Source of the DNA: Octopus sinensis
Lineage: Eukaryota
Direction of reading: 5' to 3'
Length of the DNA stretch: 64,000 nucleotides
Assembly (NCBI RefSeq): GCF_006345805.1
Contig: NC_042998.1
Coordinates: 130,076,001-130,140,000 of the forward strand
The notes under the pieces: model-generated
Seen by the model: the letters and a program-made list of their open reading frames with translations, nothing else
Told to the model about the DNA's origin: nothing
The model's database searches: none
Translations under genes and position numbers: made by a program
Shown: positions 12,638 to 26,313 of the stretch, in pieces
Numbering within the stretch: position 1 is the stretch's first letter
How the letters are laid out: every line of letters begins with the position of its first letter

Positions 12638-13614
12638 GTGGGCAATTATGATGTAGTGGTGTATCAATATCTTCTTGTGTCACAGCTTTGCGTGTTCGTC
12701 TACCCTTATTTTGAGGGGGCGGCATGTTTCATCTTTGTATAACCTTCCACATCTGCATAGGATGGAGTACACGCAGTTTTTGGTCATATTCTTTTCTGTT
12801 GGTGGTTTTACTCGAAGGAGATATTTGCGAAGTGTTGTATTACTCTTGAATACTGTCCTGATGTCATATGGGCCGCATATCTTTTGTATCTTTTCGGAGT
12901 GACCTTTCACATAGGATAGACAGTCTGTGGACAGATTATTGGTTTCATCCTCTTTTTTTTCATAATTGGAGTGGATAGTTTGTGTTTGGGGGGGTTGTTT
13001 CTTAATAGATTGTTACTGAGCTTGATCATCACTTCGTGGTGAGTATCACGATCGCTACTTATATTCTTTGCTCCCTGTTTTAGGCACTGAGCAATTCCTC
13101 TCTTTACACTGTATGGATGGTGGGAACTGAAGTTGGGGTATTGTCCAATGAATCGATACTTAGTGCGTGCTATTAATACGTCCAGGAATGCTAGCTGGTT
13201 GTCTTTTTCCTTTTTCCATTGTGAAATGTATGGATGGCTTTATTGAGTTCACATGATTTAACAGCACTTAGACATCCTGGTAGGGCCAGAGTATAAAGGT
13301 GTCATCATATCGCATCTATAGGTTTGGTTTTAGTAGCATTGATCCTAAAGCTAAATTCTCAAAGCATTTTATGTATATATTAGCTATTGTTGGTGAATAC
13401 TTTATTCGATCGTTCGCATTTGCCAAATCGCTAGGTTACAGGGTTGTAAATAAACAAATAAACAACACAAAGATGCATACACGCACACACAAACACACAT
13501 GCGCACACACACACACATGCGCACACACACATGCGCGCACACACTCACACATGCGCACACACACTCACACATGCGCACACACATGCGCACACACACATGC
13601 GCACACACACATAA

Positions 13615-13742
13615 CTATACGTGACGGTCTTCTTTCGATATCATCTACAACATCAGTTTTTTTCGTAAGCCTGCGGCTATTGTGGACCTAAAATTGTGTG
13701 GTCGTCAAGCAAACTTCTTACCACGCAGCCACACACGCGCCT
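13615..13742 (-). mobile_element. SINE family A, degenerate 5' fragment
   Basis: CTTACCACGCAGCCACACACGCGCCTA resembles the family A head. Confidence 0.6.
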
Positions 13743-13767
13743 ATAAAATTTTATTATATAAAAAAGG

Positions 13768-14047
13768 GTAAAGACCGGATAAGGTTGTTTATTGAAGACC
13801 AACAATCGCCTATGAATACCAATCTCCCTTCTCCGCGACACTGATGTTATCCAATGGAAAAGCAAGGGCCGATACAGCTTGAAACCAATGACGTTGCAAC
13901 TTATTTCTACAGCTGAGTGAACTGGAGCAACGCGGATGTTGTAGATATTGTAAGTGTCTTGCTCAAGAACACAACACACACCCCAGTCCGGGAATCGAAC
14001 TCACTACCTCATGATTGTGAACCCGACTGTCTAACCACTAAGCCTTC
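13768..14047 (-). mobile_element. tRNA-headed SINE family D
   Basis: Minus strand GGCTTAGTGGTTAG (A box), GAGTTCGATTCCC (B box), then TCTTGAGCAAGACAC...GTTGCTCCAGTTCACTCAGCTG; related copy at 19528. Confidence 0.75.
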
Positions 14048-14393
14048 AAATTTATTATATATAGCTTATATACAATATGTACATATATATACATATATGC
14101 ATGCGAGCACACACTCACACACACATACACACACACTCAGGCACTCAGCCATATATTTAAAATCCATACATGGATATGGCAGATTTTGCGTTTCACTGAT
14201 TTACATATTTATAAACAGGTTTATACGTTTGTTAAATCTAAATTTAATAAATACGGATTCACACTCACTTACAGATATAAATACATAATCATTTCCCTTT
14301 TGCTCTCCTAATTCTTACTACTCTCTTATCTATTTCATTCCATCTCTCATGTCCCTTACTCTCTGTTTCTTGATGTATATATATATATATTAT

Positions 14394-14455
<62 letters not shown>

Positions 14456-14694
14456 TATCTATATTATATATATAATATATACATAGATACAGACATACAT
14501 ACATTTCCTTATGTGTATGTTGGGGATGCAAGCGCACGTGTATGTGTGCTTTTGTATCGTGTGCGACTATTTACATTCGTTACTGTGCATCTGTTTTTCT
14601 GCATGTGCAAGAGACAGCGTCTGTTCTTTCATGCATTTACGCATGCAAGGAAGGTCCTATATATGTATACATATAGATATATACATATACATAT

Positions 14695-14730
<36 letters not shown>

Positions 14731-14790
14731 CATCTATTTATCGCCAACGTTCATATTTACTCTCTGTTTATTCCGTTGATTTCTGCATGA

Positions 14791-14843
<53 letters not shown>

Positions 14844-14896
14844 TATTCTCAAAGTAAAATATCCCTATAAGCAGTACTTCACGTTCGTTTCTCTCT

Positions 14897-14952
<56 letters not shown>

Positions 14953-15875
14953 AAACATACTCGCTCTTTATATATGTGTTTACGTGTATGTGTCTGTGTG
15001 AGTGTTTGCGCGTGTCTGTGTGTTTGTTCGTGAGTGTTTGTGCATGTGTGTGTGTTCATATGTGTATATGTGCGCGCGTGTGTACCTAGACCTGCATTTT
15101 TACCGTATTGATTTGTATGTATTTTACTGTTCGTTTTTGCTTCTATTATTTTGTGTGTGTCTCTGTCAATGTTTATATATGTTTGCGTTTGTTTTGTGCA
15201 AGAGAGATATATGTGTTGAAATGCTTTGAGCAATTTTAAGGGAATAGTTCAGTCTCTATAGAATACGCGTGTATTTTCTACACATTTATTTTAATTTATC
15301 TATATAATTTTTTGTAACCTAAAGCAAGTTTTTCTATCCAGCTGAGAATTTTAACACATATCTTCGTTGATTCTCTTTCATGAGAAAAATATGTTATAAA
15401 AGTATATCAGAAACGTATGAGCTAATATAAAAAAAAAATTATATATTTTCCCATGTATAATATTTGTTATTTTGATGTGTTTTCATCTATTTTATTATAT
15501 TTATATTATTTTATAATTCATATAATTTTGTTAGCAACTGATTTAGAAACTAAGCTTTTCTTATTTCTTTTTTCTTGTTGTTTAGGAAATAGGAAAATAA
15601 AACCTATTTGCTGGTTACATTCTAGAATCCTCGAATCAAGATGTTTCATGAAAGCAACGAGTTTGCATATTATATGAAAGTATTATTAATCATGATTAAA
15701 CACTGTTGAATAAAACGGTGAATCTAGTCCAAAACTTAATTTCATTTGCATGATAAATATTTTTCTTTGAAATGGACGAAAAAAATTAGTGATACCTAAA
15801 ATATATTTATCTTCATACATGGTAGGAAAAGACGTTTAGTTGATTAAAGAGTGTTTAATATTTAATTGGTTTAAG

Positions 15876-15991
15876 GCTTTATCAATCCAAGGGAATAAAA
15901 GTGAACGTCCATATTTGCAAGGTTTGAATGAGAACATAAAAGTAGATTATGAAACACCGCAAGAGAATATTCCCGCCGTTTGGAAACACAG
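15876..15991 (+). CDS. Candidate coding exon, unknown product (ALSIQGNKSERPYLQGLNENIKVDYETPQENIPAVWKHR)
   Basis: TTTAAG| acceptor, CAG|GTTAAGT donor, open frame, phase-compatible with the exon at 16108 across a 116-bp intron. Confidence 0.3.
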
Positions 15992-16107
15992 GTTAAGTAT
16001 GTGACATTTAAATGTATGTTATTTAGAAATGATTAGTTGTTTTGATCAGATTGAGAAGTATTGATCAAAGTTCGTCTATCGCAGCAGATATAATTTTCTT
16101 CCCTCAG

Positions 16108-16277
16108 GAGAAATTGCATTGAACATTCCAAACTAACGGAACACTCGACTATTCAACAACAATGCTTACGATGCTGCTTGCAGCAGTATATTTCAGCCAA
16201 ACGACGTACTTATATCAACAATGACATTGAAAGTCAAATAAATAAAAGCAGATATCTGATCAGGGTTGGCGACTAAA
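16108..16277 (+). CDS. Candidate coding exon, unknown product (RNCIEHSKLTEHSTIQQQCLRCCLQQY...)
   Basis: TTTTCTTCCCTCAG| acceptor; the phase-2 frame is the only long open one; 3' boundary uncertain. Confidence 0.3.
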
Positions 16278-19200
16278 GGGTAAACCGCTTTTGTGAATTA
16301 GTTTCGATTCCACAGTAACAATATTTTGAAGCCACGTTTTGAGAACTCTCTGTTAAAGTCAATAGACTTAAGCAATATTGGTATCGCAGTGAGTTGTTCT
16401 AGAAAAAATAATTATTATTTGCGCATTATCTCAAGGATATTTCCGGAACTTTCCTTTGTTTACTATAAAAAAAATTGACGAAAGAATATGATTAATCTTG
16501 AAGATATACCATAAAAAAATGACGCACTCTATATATATTGGGTCTCCATTAAGCCAGGTACATCTTGATATCCCTCCTACAGATTGTCGAAGATAAGTAT
16601 ACTGTCGACAGTGATATTTTGTTTCTATAGCGATGACATATATTTGTATATTTCTTAAACTATAAATCGATACACTCTATATTTATATATCATTTTTATC
16701 CTTACAAATATGTTTATTGCATTTTTTTCACATCGCAATTTCTTTAAAAAACAAAGCAATTCGTACTTTTATGCGCTCTATTTTGAGTAAAAAATTGTGC
16801 TTAATAACAAAATTGACAAAACAAGGGACTGACAAATTGAAATAATTTTCGGTTTCTCTTTGGCGAGGTTTTGTGTGCTAAATTGATATTAGGGGAATTT
16901 AGATTGGTTGAGTAAAATCTTGTTTGAAATTTTAGTTGATCAAAAAGCTTTGATGAAAATTATTGCCTATCATGTTATAATTTTATTAACTCATCTTCGT
17001 CGAGTAGTTGCAGTAAAAATTTCGCTGATATATTGTCTGTCTTTTATTTTTTATTTCACTTCATGATAAAGAAGTGAAATTCAAGTGAAATTTCTATCAT
17101 GTTAAGAAGGTGTACTTGTGATTTAAGATATGTTGTGTTCAGAAATGTATGAATTATTATGAACCAGAAGAAAATTATGTCATGTTAATAACTCTGAAAG
17201 GCCAATACATTGACCAATTCAATAGCCCGATAAATTAAAATTAAATGTCTACTTATTTTTGTAAAAGGTATAACTCTTTATCTTGTCGATGCATAAAAAT
17301 GAACGTCAAAACGAGTTTCGTATTACAACGGTTTTGTCCTTATAGAAATATCTAAAAAAAATAAAAAACAGTTGATAGCTAGGATGCTTTACTGGTTGAA
17401 TTCGTTTCATTATGGCGACACAGGTTCTCTAGTTATTGTATTTAATCTCTATTATCTCCTCATTTTCCCCGAATATTTTAACCTCGTGCTCACAAAAACA
17501 GCTCTGTGTTAGGGAATGTTAACGCTGCTTGTCTGTTTGATTGACAGGTGTTTCTTAAACATTTGTACGAAATTGAACAATATTTACAAGTATCGCATGG
17601 AGAAAGATATTCTCCATCACGCTAATTATATTTGATATTAAAGTAGGACAAAATTTTCAGTGATATCCCATGCATAATACAGCTCGCTAGACAGATATAT
17701 GATACTCATTGAGTTTAGATAAAATTAAATGAAAGCATTGAATCACGAACTTTCGCAACAGCCGTTATCATATATAGTAATCGGCGTAATTTCTGATGCC
17801 TCTCATCAGTCTTCACGAGTTCTTAAAAGTGTAGAGGATTCGGTAAAAAGGAAATATTCAACTCCATTTAAGAGATACAATGTAACATTAAACATGTAAA
17901 GCATTTTCCAGTTTGTTTGGTCACTACGCACCATTAAATTAATTTAGCAGCCACGTTTGGGTACTATGTCATATGGAAATGTTAACCGAATTAGATTAGT
18001 CCTCCATCCAACGATAATACGTTTCATGTACTGCTAAATGCCATAAACAATGAAACGGAGAACAGTACCCTACAGGACTTAGATAAATTTTCCTCCGTGA
18101 TTTTCGTTTCTGTAGTTCCATGTTACATTTACCTTAATCCAAGAATATGAAATTTCATTTATGCATTCGATGTTTTTTTCATGCTGAATCCGTTTCTACA
18201 TATTGACTATGTCACTGTTTATCAATAACATTCCAAAACAATTTTGAAGAGTGAGGAGCATTATAAAATATGTATGAAACTATAGTTTGAAAAAGGTACT
18301 TATTTTCTACTGACGAAGGACAATTCTCAGTGTTAGTTCTCCCAATAAACGTTGTTAATAGTGAAGTTAGTTTTCTCATTAAAAGTAGGTAATCGGCTAG
18401 CATTATAAATTGTATTGATATTCTAAGAATACAGGAATTTAAAGCGAACTTCAAAGTATATATTAGTCATTAAATAGAAAACATGTGCCAGACGACCATT
18501 AGGAAGGAAGACTGGGTGGGTGAAACAAAATCACATTAATTAATCAATTTGATAATTAATTTAATTAAAAATCATGAAGTTCTAAAATAAGTTCAGCAGA
18601 GAGTAGTTAATTACAGATACTTACAAATGATGAATTCGAGTCAAAAGCCAAATGAATGAATGGGAGAAAATTAAAGCAATCTATAAATAGCACTCACTTT
18701 TGAACAAAATGGACGACCGCCATCTTTTGATTTGCTATTTAACCTGATTGGGTGACAATTCTGTTGGCTGAATTCTTCACTAAAGTTGTTGTGGTTAAAT
18801 GTAAGACATTGTCTTAGGTTATAGATATTACCATGTTGTCTGGCAGTTTGTTCAAACCTCTCTGAGTAATACGATAACCAATTTTCCACTTTTCGTACTA
18901 TGGCAGGTTGTTGCTAATTCAATGCTGCTATTATTTTTCTCTGCCTTTATCCATCGTATCCGATGTTTTGTCTATGTAGCTCACTTCCATTTGGCTACGT
19001 AGTAAGCCAACAGGGTTGTTATTATGCAGGATCCTGGTTTTATTAATGCAAAGATTCTGAGTAAGGAAAGACTTCACTTATTTCTTGAAGAACTGTTGAG
19101 CATGCCTTGAAGCGAAGAATGCAGTGAAATCAAAAATACGTACAGATTCCTCCATTGCTGGATATACTATATCATGCATGATTTATTGTTCATGGTACAG

Positions 19201-19280
19201 AGTAACTATTAAATTTATATGAATACACCTCATGTGTATTGACCATATATATATATACATATACATATACATATACATAC

Positions 19281-19337
<57 letters not shown>

Positions 19338-19527
19338 AAATTATATGTATACATACATACATCAATATATATATATATAATATTATATATATATATATAT
19401 ACATATACAGTAATGAATGCTTATTCATCTTATGTTATTGAAGTTGTTGACCTTTATTTTACTTATTTTCTTAATTATTCGGTATAGCTTCTAATTACTG
19501 GTTATAATCATTGTAAAAAATATTTGT

Positions 19528-19860
19528 ACGAAGGCGCGTGGCATAATGGCTAGAGCATTCGGCTCACGGTGGTGAAGTTGTGAGTCCGATTACTGACGTC
19601 GCGTTGTTTCGTTGAGCGCGACACTTTATTTTACATTGCTGCAGTGCACTCAGCTGACAAAAATGATTTCCACCTGTAATTCAAAGGGCCAACCTTTTCA
19701 CATTCTGTGTCCCGCTGAATCCCTCTCTGTGAACTACATAAGGTTATGTGTGTCAGTGGCGTGCTTGGCCACTTGCACGTTAACCTTATGAGCAGGCTGT
19801 TCTGTTGATCGGACGTACGTGAACCCTCGTCGTTTTAACCAACGGAATGTCGGTTAAATT
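19528..19860 (+). mobile_element. SINE family D, diverged
   Basis: GAAGGCGCGTGGCATAATGGCTAGAG head and CACTCAGCTG core shared with 13768-14047. Confidence 0.6.
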
Positions 19861-22109
19861 TTTTGTATCCCAAAGTTCATTCTTCTTTTTTTTCTTTTTG
19901 TCTGATGATGCTCAATTAATGTTGTTATGTTCATAAAATCAGATGATAAATTGTTTTTGTTTTTTCTCATTGGTAAATCTAATCAATATATATAATACAC
20001 TATGAAACATCAATATATACATTTAATAGATGTTATGTATGAGTATTTATACTGATTGCACTTAATTGCTTTACTTCATATATTTCACAATGTTCCACTA
20101 TTTCCTTTTATACCGAAATTACTGAGAGGTATCGAGTATTCACCTTTAGTCTATTCACGTATCACACTGCTCTCATGTATTCTTGCTTTAACCAGAACAA
20201 AATAACTTGAAATAATTTGGAATTAGAGATGTTTATATTCAGAAACCAAGAGGAATTGGTGTATCCTCTTGTTTATAGAAGAAATATTGCTCTTCAGAAA
20301 TGTTTGCAGTGAATGTGAATGCCTATGATGTACGTATGTAGCTTTTGAACGGAATGGGTCAGCTATGTTGTAAATGTACAGCTTGTCCCTTGAAAACCTT
20401 TAGAAAATGTATATGACCTCTTTCTTAAATTTGCACATACCTTAGTGAATGTGTAAAGTTGCATATACTTTAGTAGCTTTGAATACGTTTGTGTGTGTGT
20501 CTGTACACCGTTTCTGATATCAATCAAATCATTTGTTTTAGAAATTAATGTGAAGCAAGATAACTAATGAATAATCGATTACATTATATTGTAGATATTA
20601 AGTAATCAAAACTGTATGATATTTGGGAAGTAAAAATAATTTGCTTGTATTCCTTATATTTTTATTTACATCCGAATACGCTCATATGTAACTTTCGTCG
20701 CATGCATTTTTCAAAATAATTCCAGCTAGAAAATCGAATATACATGTACGAAGGCTAAAATGATGTAATTATCATGAAGTTTAGTAAAACACCTGCTGAT
20801 GGTTTGGGACCGTAGTCGCATGGCTGAAATGAATATTAAAAAAAATAAAGTTACCCCCCCCCCATATATATATGTGCGTTTAATCGTGCGACTCAGATCA
20901 TTCTCTTATAAAATAGACGCATACCTTTTTTTATTAACTGTCTGAAGTTCTCGACCTACGTAACTTCAGTTATGTTAATGGGATGCTCAAACTAGCAAGT
21001 GACGCTGGAAAATAAAGCTGGAGAAGAAATGCCTGTCACAAAGTGTGTTTCGTAAAAGATGGAAGTCTATAGCAAGTATGTTGCGAGTGAAAGAACCTGT
21101 TTAAACGAGAATGTAAAAAGGAGAAAACAAAGTCTTCAGTGTGAGTATGTGGTTTGTGGGGTCGACCACGTCCTCCTGCTTCATTTTTCCTAAATTACTC
21201 ATTCTCATTTTGATTGTATATATTTTAATTGTTTGTTTATTCATACGTTTCGTCTCATTCGATACCCTGACCCTAATTTTTGTTTTGTCTGTCCTCGTAT
21301 CTTCCCCTCTTTTTCTCAAACTCATGGTTAATAAAGATCTTGCCTTTTGTAATGATGATTTGACAATTTGACAATTTGACCCATTCTCTTTAATGCGTAT
21401 TCCTCTTTACTCATAATTTCGCTCGTGCTACCACCCCACTTTATAAAGTTCTTGACTCTATAACTGATGTCAACCGTGTATGTAGATACTGTTACTTGCA
21501 TCGTAGTTCAGGCACGAAGCACATCAAGATGAAACACTTCTATGTAATTTGAAACAACAATAACTAAAACAGTTTCACAGACAAGGAGATACTGCTGTAT
21601 ATACTAGCAGTCAAACTTCTGAAAACGGAACCAAAGTTAGCAGCTTTAAGGGCATAATCAATATTGTTAAAATAGTTACATATTCGATAGTGTTCAAATT
21701 TTTGCATTGATCTGTTACCTATCTACAGCAGATTTGCTTCCATAACTTCAAAGGACGTACCTTCTGAAGGGGAGATTCTCATGTAGAAGTTTGTGTATAT
21801 TGTAAGTACTTGTACCCACAATAATGTCCAACAGATCTGCGAGCAATGTAGCTCAAATCGTTAGATCTCTATTTAACAGAGCTATGGCCAAGCAATGTTC
21901 AGTAAGCTTTAAAATCATATGACCGACCATGCGAACCTGACAATTTCTCACATGTACAGTCACTCAGAGTAAAGTATTTCAGTTGCCATTATCAGTAACA
22001 ACTTATTTCTACTGACAAAAAAGACGTCAGTTTGTACAAGAAGAGATCGAAGACTACCGTTTCAATGGAAGAGTTCTTCCTTATTAGGTGATGAAAGTGT
22101 TGCTGTAAA

Positions 22110-22276
22110 ACACGTGGCTGTGTGGTAAGTAGCTTGCTTACCAGTCACATGGTTCCGGGTTCAATCCCACTGCGTGGCATCTTGGGCAAATGTCTTCTAC
22201 TATAGCCTCGGGCCGAGTAAACCCTTGTGAGTGGATTTGGTAGACGGAAACTGAAAGAAGCCCGTCGTATATATGA

Positions 22277-22343
<67 letters not shown>

Positions 22344-22530
22344 TGTCCCCCCCAACATCGCTTGACAACCGATGCTGTTGTGTTTACCTCCCCGTAACTT
22401 AGCGGTTCGGCAAAAGAGACCGATGGAATAAGTACTAGGCTTACAAACAATATATCCTGGGATCGATTTGCTCGACTAAATGCGGTGCTTCACCATGACT
22501 GCAGTCTAATGACGGAAACAAGTAAAAGAT
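22110..22530 (+). mobile_element. SINE family A
   Basis: GTGGCTGTGTGGTAAG, B box GGTTCAATCCC, full body and tail. Confidence 0.9.
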
Positions 22531-23788
22531 TACATGTTCCACTCGTGCAAAACTTTAGTTTTGATTCCTCATAATTCTTTCGCACGACTTTTGCTGCATT
22601 TCGTTTAAAATTACACAATATCGTTTTTGCTTCAATGATACAATACAATGCATTTTATCTCACTGATAGTGTTTTGAAGACTGCTTATTAGCCCTCTTGT
22701 CAATTTTCCGCCTTTGATCGCCACTTCTTGGCTGAATCTATCAAATATACAGTTACATCTTACAGCTACATTTACTACTCACTTGTGATTTTTAACGACT
22801 GCCGCGTTGACATTTTGACTAATTAATCTGGTCACTACAAGATATCTATATCAAGAACGATACGTTCAGCATCCAGTAAAATATCTAGCTGTCTAAATGT
22901 GAGTTCGTAAGAGATATAGGGTGACTAAAAGATCAGGCCGATACATTACAATAAGGAGATTGCTGAGGAATTAAGAAAATTAAACAAGAATATATATTAC
23001 AAACTTTTAACTGTCTAGTTTGGAAGAAAATGAAAGAAAGAATGAATACGTAAAGAAGATCAAGAGGGAGACAGAAAAAAAAAATGAAAAGATAAGAAGA
23101 AAAGAAGACTGGAGCAGTTACAGGATGAGAAAGTAAACAAATAATGGTAGATTTCAACGGAAGATATGTGGAAAGATACAAAACAGAATGGAGTTAAGAA
23201 AGTAAAAAGATGATTAAATAGGAAAAAAAAAAAATACTGCTGGAATAAGAATCCGAGAATTATTTATTTTCTTTCATAAGATGGTTGATTTAATGGTAAA
23301 AATGAATGAATACTTCTATATGGAAAAATATTTTTTACATGGACATTTTTTTACTTCTCAAAATGGACGCATCTTAAGCCATTATTTACAGAAATATTAC
23401 AGAAAACAACTACCAGATACTTCCTATCAAAGAATAAGCAGCAAAGCAAGGTGTCTATTCTTCAGTACACCCAGCCATTAACTGTTTCCTTTTGCCGTGT
23501 TTATTAGTAAGAATATCGGAAGATGAATACGTCTCGAGAGTAATGGCGGATTTAGCGAGAGATTTTAGTTCATTATTTAGGAATGTTTTCTTTCTTTTTT
23601 TTCTTTTTTTCTTATTTCTAACGCAAACACACTTTGTATTGTTGAATAATATGTTTGTTAAAGACGAAGCATTTTTTCAACAGCTATAAGCATAATAAAA
23701 CATTGGAAAATAACAAAAAGAGCAGATGACATTATTTTCCTATTGAGAAATGTATGTATGTATATATATATGCATGTTATATATATAT

Positions 23789-23855
<67 letters not shown>

Positions 23856-24112
23856 CTTACCTCATACAGTACACACGTATTACGTGTGTTCGTGTGTATG
23901 TATACTCATCATAATATCCAGTTATACGCATACAGACACATGCTTCAGCAATACCGGAGAAACTCAGAGTAATTACAAAGTAAATCCATATTGCATTAGA
24001 TAAATATACTTTACATCTCTAATGACCACTTTTTCCTTCTCTCTGAGGTGAAATAGTGAAATACACGCACGTCCACTCACACACACTAGCGCATGCACAC
24101 ATACAGACAAAT

Positions 24113-24153
<41 letters not shown>

Positions 24154-24446
24154 GTATAAATATTCATGTATATATACGTGTGTGTGTGTGTGTGTGTGTG
24201 AACGCCCGCGCATATACATGTGTGTAAGCGTGTTAGTTCCACAATGATTCAATAAATATTTTAATTCAGAAAGAATAGCTCCATAAATATATACAAATAT
24301 GCATACATGCGGACGGAAACACACGCACACACTCACTCACTCACACACACATATGCACATACATATATATACACACACACATACACATATATATACATGC
24401 ATATAATACTTACATACAAACATACATGCGTATATATATATATTTG

Positions 24447-24484
<38 letters not shown>

Positions 24485-24520
24485 CACCTATATGTCTGTC
24501 TATATGTTTATCTATCTATA

Positions 24521-24554
<34 letters not shown>

Positions 24555-24570
24555 GCTATCTATCTATCTA

Positions 24571-24630
<60 letters not shown>

Positions 24631-25152
24631 CATACATATACTCGTTCACATACAAGCATATATATATATATGCAAATATCTATGTTTAAATTATACTACC
24701 TTGCCTCCTGATTACCTGAGTGCATTTTACTATTATTATTTCAAACAGACTAGAATGATTTACTATAGATATAATTCTTGCTTTTCACATATATATACAC
24801 TCCTGTACACATTCTTTCTAACAAACAGACACCGGCATACATAAATGAGTTTGTGTGTTTACGTATGTGTGTGTTGTGTGTTTACATGATATGCGTACGC
24901 ATGCCTCTCCGTATCTTTGTCCATACTTGTGTGCATATGCATGTGATTTTTTTCATGAATTTCACTTCATATGTACCTCTGCTTCTAGCTTACTATATGT
25001 GTATGTAACATCGTGTGCATTTGTGTGTTATATATTTTGAGATATTTTCCCTTGATGTGTCGTGATTTTAGATATATCTAGGCTAGTTTCTTTCTTTGAT
25101 TATGGTCTTTTCGGAATTCCGTTATGTTGCTTTTGTTCTATGTTGTATTCAG

Positions 25153-25260
25153 CTGAGTGCAAAAATGATGAATTCTGCAAAACAGGGGGAAAAAATCTGA
25201 AAGAAGCTCAGAAAAAATTTCAAAGAAGATTTAATGAGACATACATGCATATTATGAAAT
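25153..25260 (+). CDS. Candidate symmetric phase 1-1 exon (ECKNDEFCKTGGKNLKEAQKKFQRRFNETYMHIMK)
   Basis: Long pyrimidine tract ending TATTCAG|, donor AAT|GTATGT, 108 nt, open frame. Confidence 0.4.
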
Positions 25261-25621
25261 GTATGTAAATATATTTTAAAAAATCATATATATGCATTTT
25301 TATAAATAGATATCTAGATAACTTGCTAGGTAACGAACAAGACAAACCGGTCAATACATGTCAAAAGTAGTTATTCAGTAATACAAGATTCGTTGTATCG
25401 ATGGATTGACAGAGAAATAGGTATATGGAATATAGATCGGCAGAATAATGTAGATATGTACAAAGAATTTAGTTTGAAATTCATCATGATGAATCCCTGA
25501 AAGGGACGAAGTAATTAAATATGTAGTTTTTATCCAAATCCCGACTACCTTCTTTTTACTTAATATATAAAATACGTAAAATATTTCAAACAATAATTTA
25601 AACATCTCTCTCTCTCTCTTA

Positions 25622-25719
<98 letters not shown>

Positions 25720-25729
25720 TATATATATT

Positions 25730-26142
25730 CGATATAGTGTATATTTATACGCATAAGGATCCACTTAACGTGAATTCAACACATTAGAAAGAACAGCTAG
25801 GTTCTGTAAACCACAAAAATAACGGATAGAATTCGAATGGAATAAATTTGGAAATGAAAAACATTTACCATCTAGTACCCTGGACCAATTGGTTTCTGAT
25901 CATCTTTTAGCGAGTCAGGGGGAACTCACAAGATCACACCTTGTGAGTTCCCCCTGACTCGCTAAAAGATGATCAGAAACCAATTGGTCCAGGGTACTAT
26001 ATGGTAAATGTTTTTCATTTCCAAATTTATCCATTCGAATTTTATCCGTTATTTTTGTGGTTTACAGAACCTAGCTGTTCTTTCTAATGTGTTGAATTCA
26101 TGTTAAGTGGATTCCATATGTGTATAAATATGCAGTATATCG
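25730..26142. repeat. 413-bp near-perfect palindrome (about 203-bp arms, 7-nt loop)
   Basis: Left arm 25730-25932 is the reverse complement of 25940-26142 with about 7 substitutions and 2 single-base indels by manual count. Confidence 0.95.
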
Positions 26143-26261
26143 TATGACTAATATATAGTCTTCTTGACTAATTTATTTTGCACGTTAGACTACTGGAAAT
26201 GTAAATTTTGATTGAATATTTTAATTTTAATTAAATTCTATTTCCCTTTGATTTGATTAAA

Positions 26262-26313
<52 letters not shown>

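Larger units (their letters stand above)
12395..13435 (-). mobile_element. Penelope-like element, 5'-truncated (RT C-terminus, GIY-YIG endonuclease, 3' terminal region)
   Basis: RT remnants SPTIANIY..FENLAL, RYDDTFILW, IHFTMEKEKDNQLAFLDVLI; GIY-YIG remnant NCVYSILCRCGRLYKDETCRPLKIRVDEH. Confidence 0.9.

Noticed and set aside
18305-18340. Other CTGANGA hits (18310, 19903, 40311, 61987, 62870)
   Set aside because: No stem II followed by GAAA, so not hammerheads
18671-19190. Minus-strand frame ending at a GTGAGT donor, and a plus-strand MQDPGF... frame
   Set aside because: Weak acceptor, internal stops in neighbouring frames and no recognisable motif
21440-22100. Possible mariner HTH remnant (NRDLTI...NIHKLLHENL) on the minus strand
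   Set aside because: Spacing is off and no DDD-domain motifs or TIRs were found
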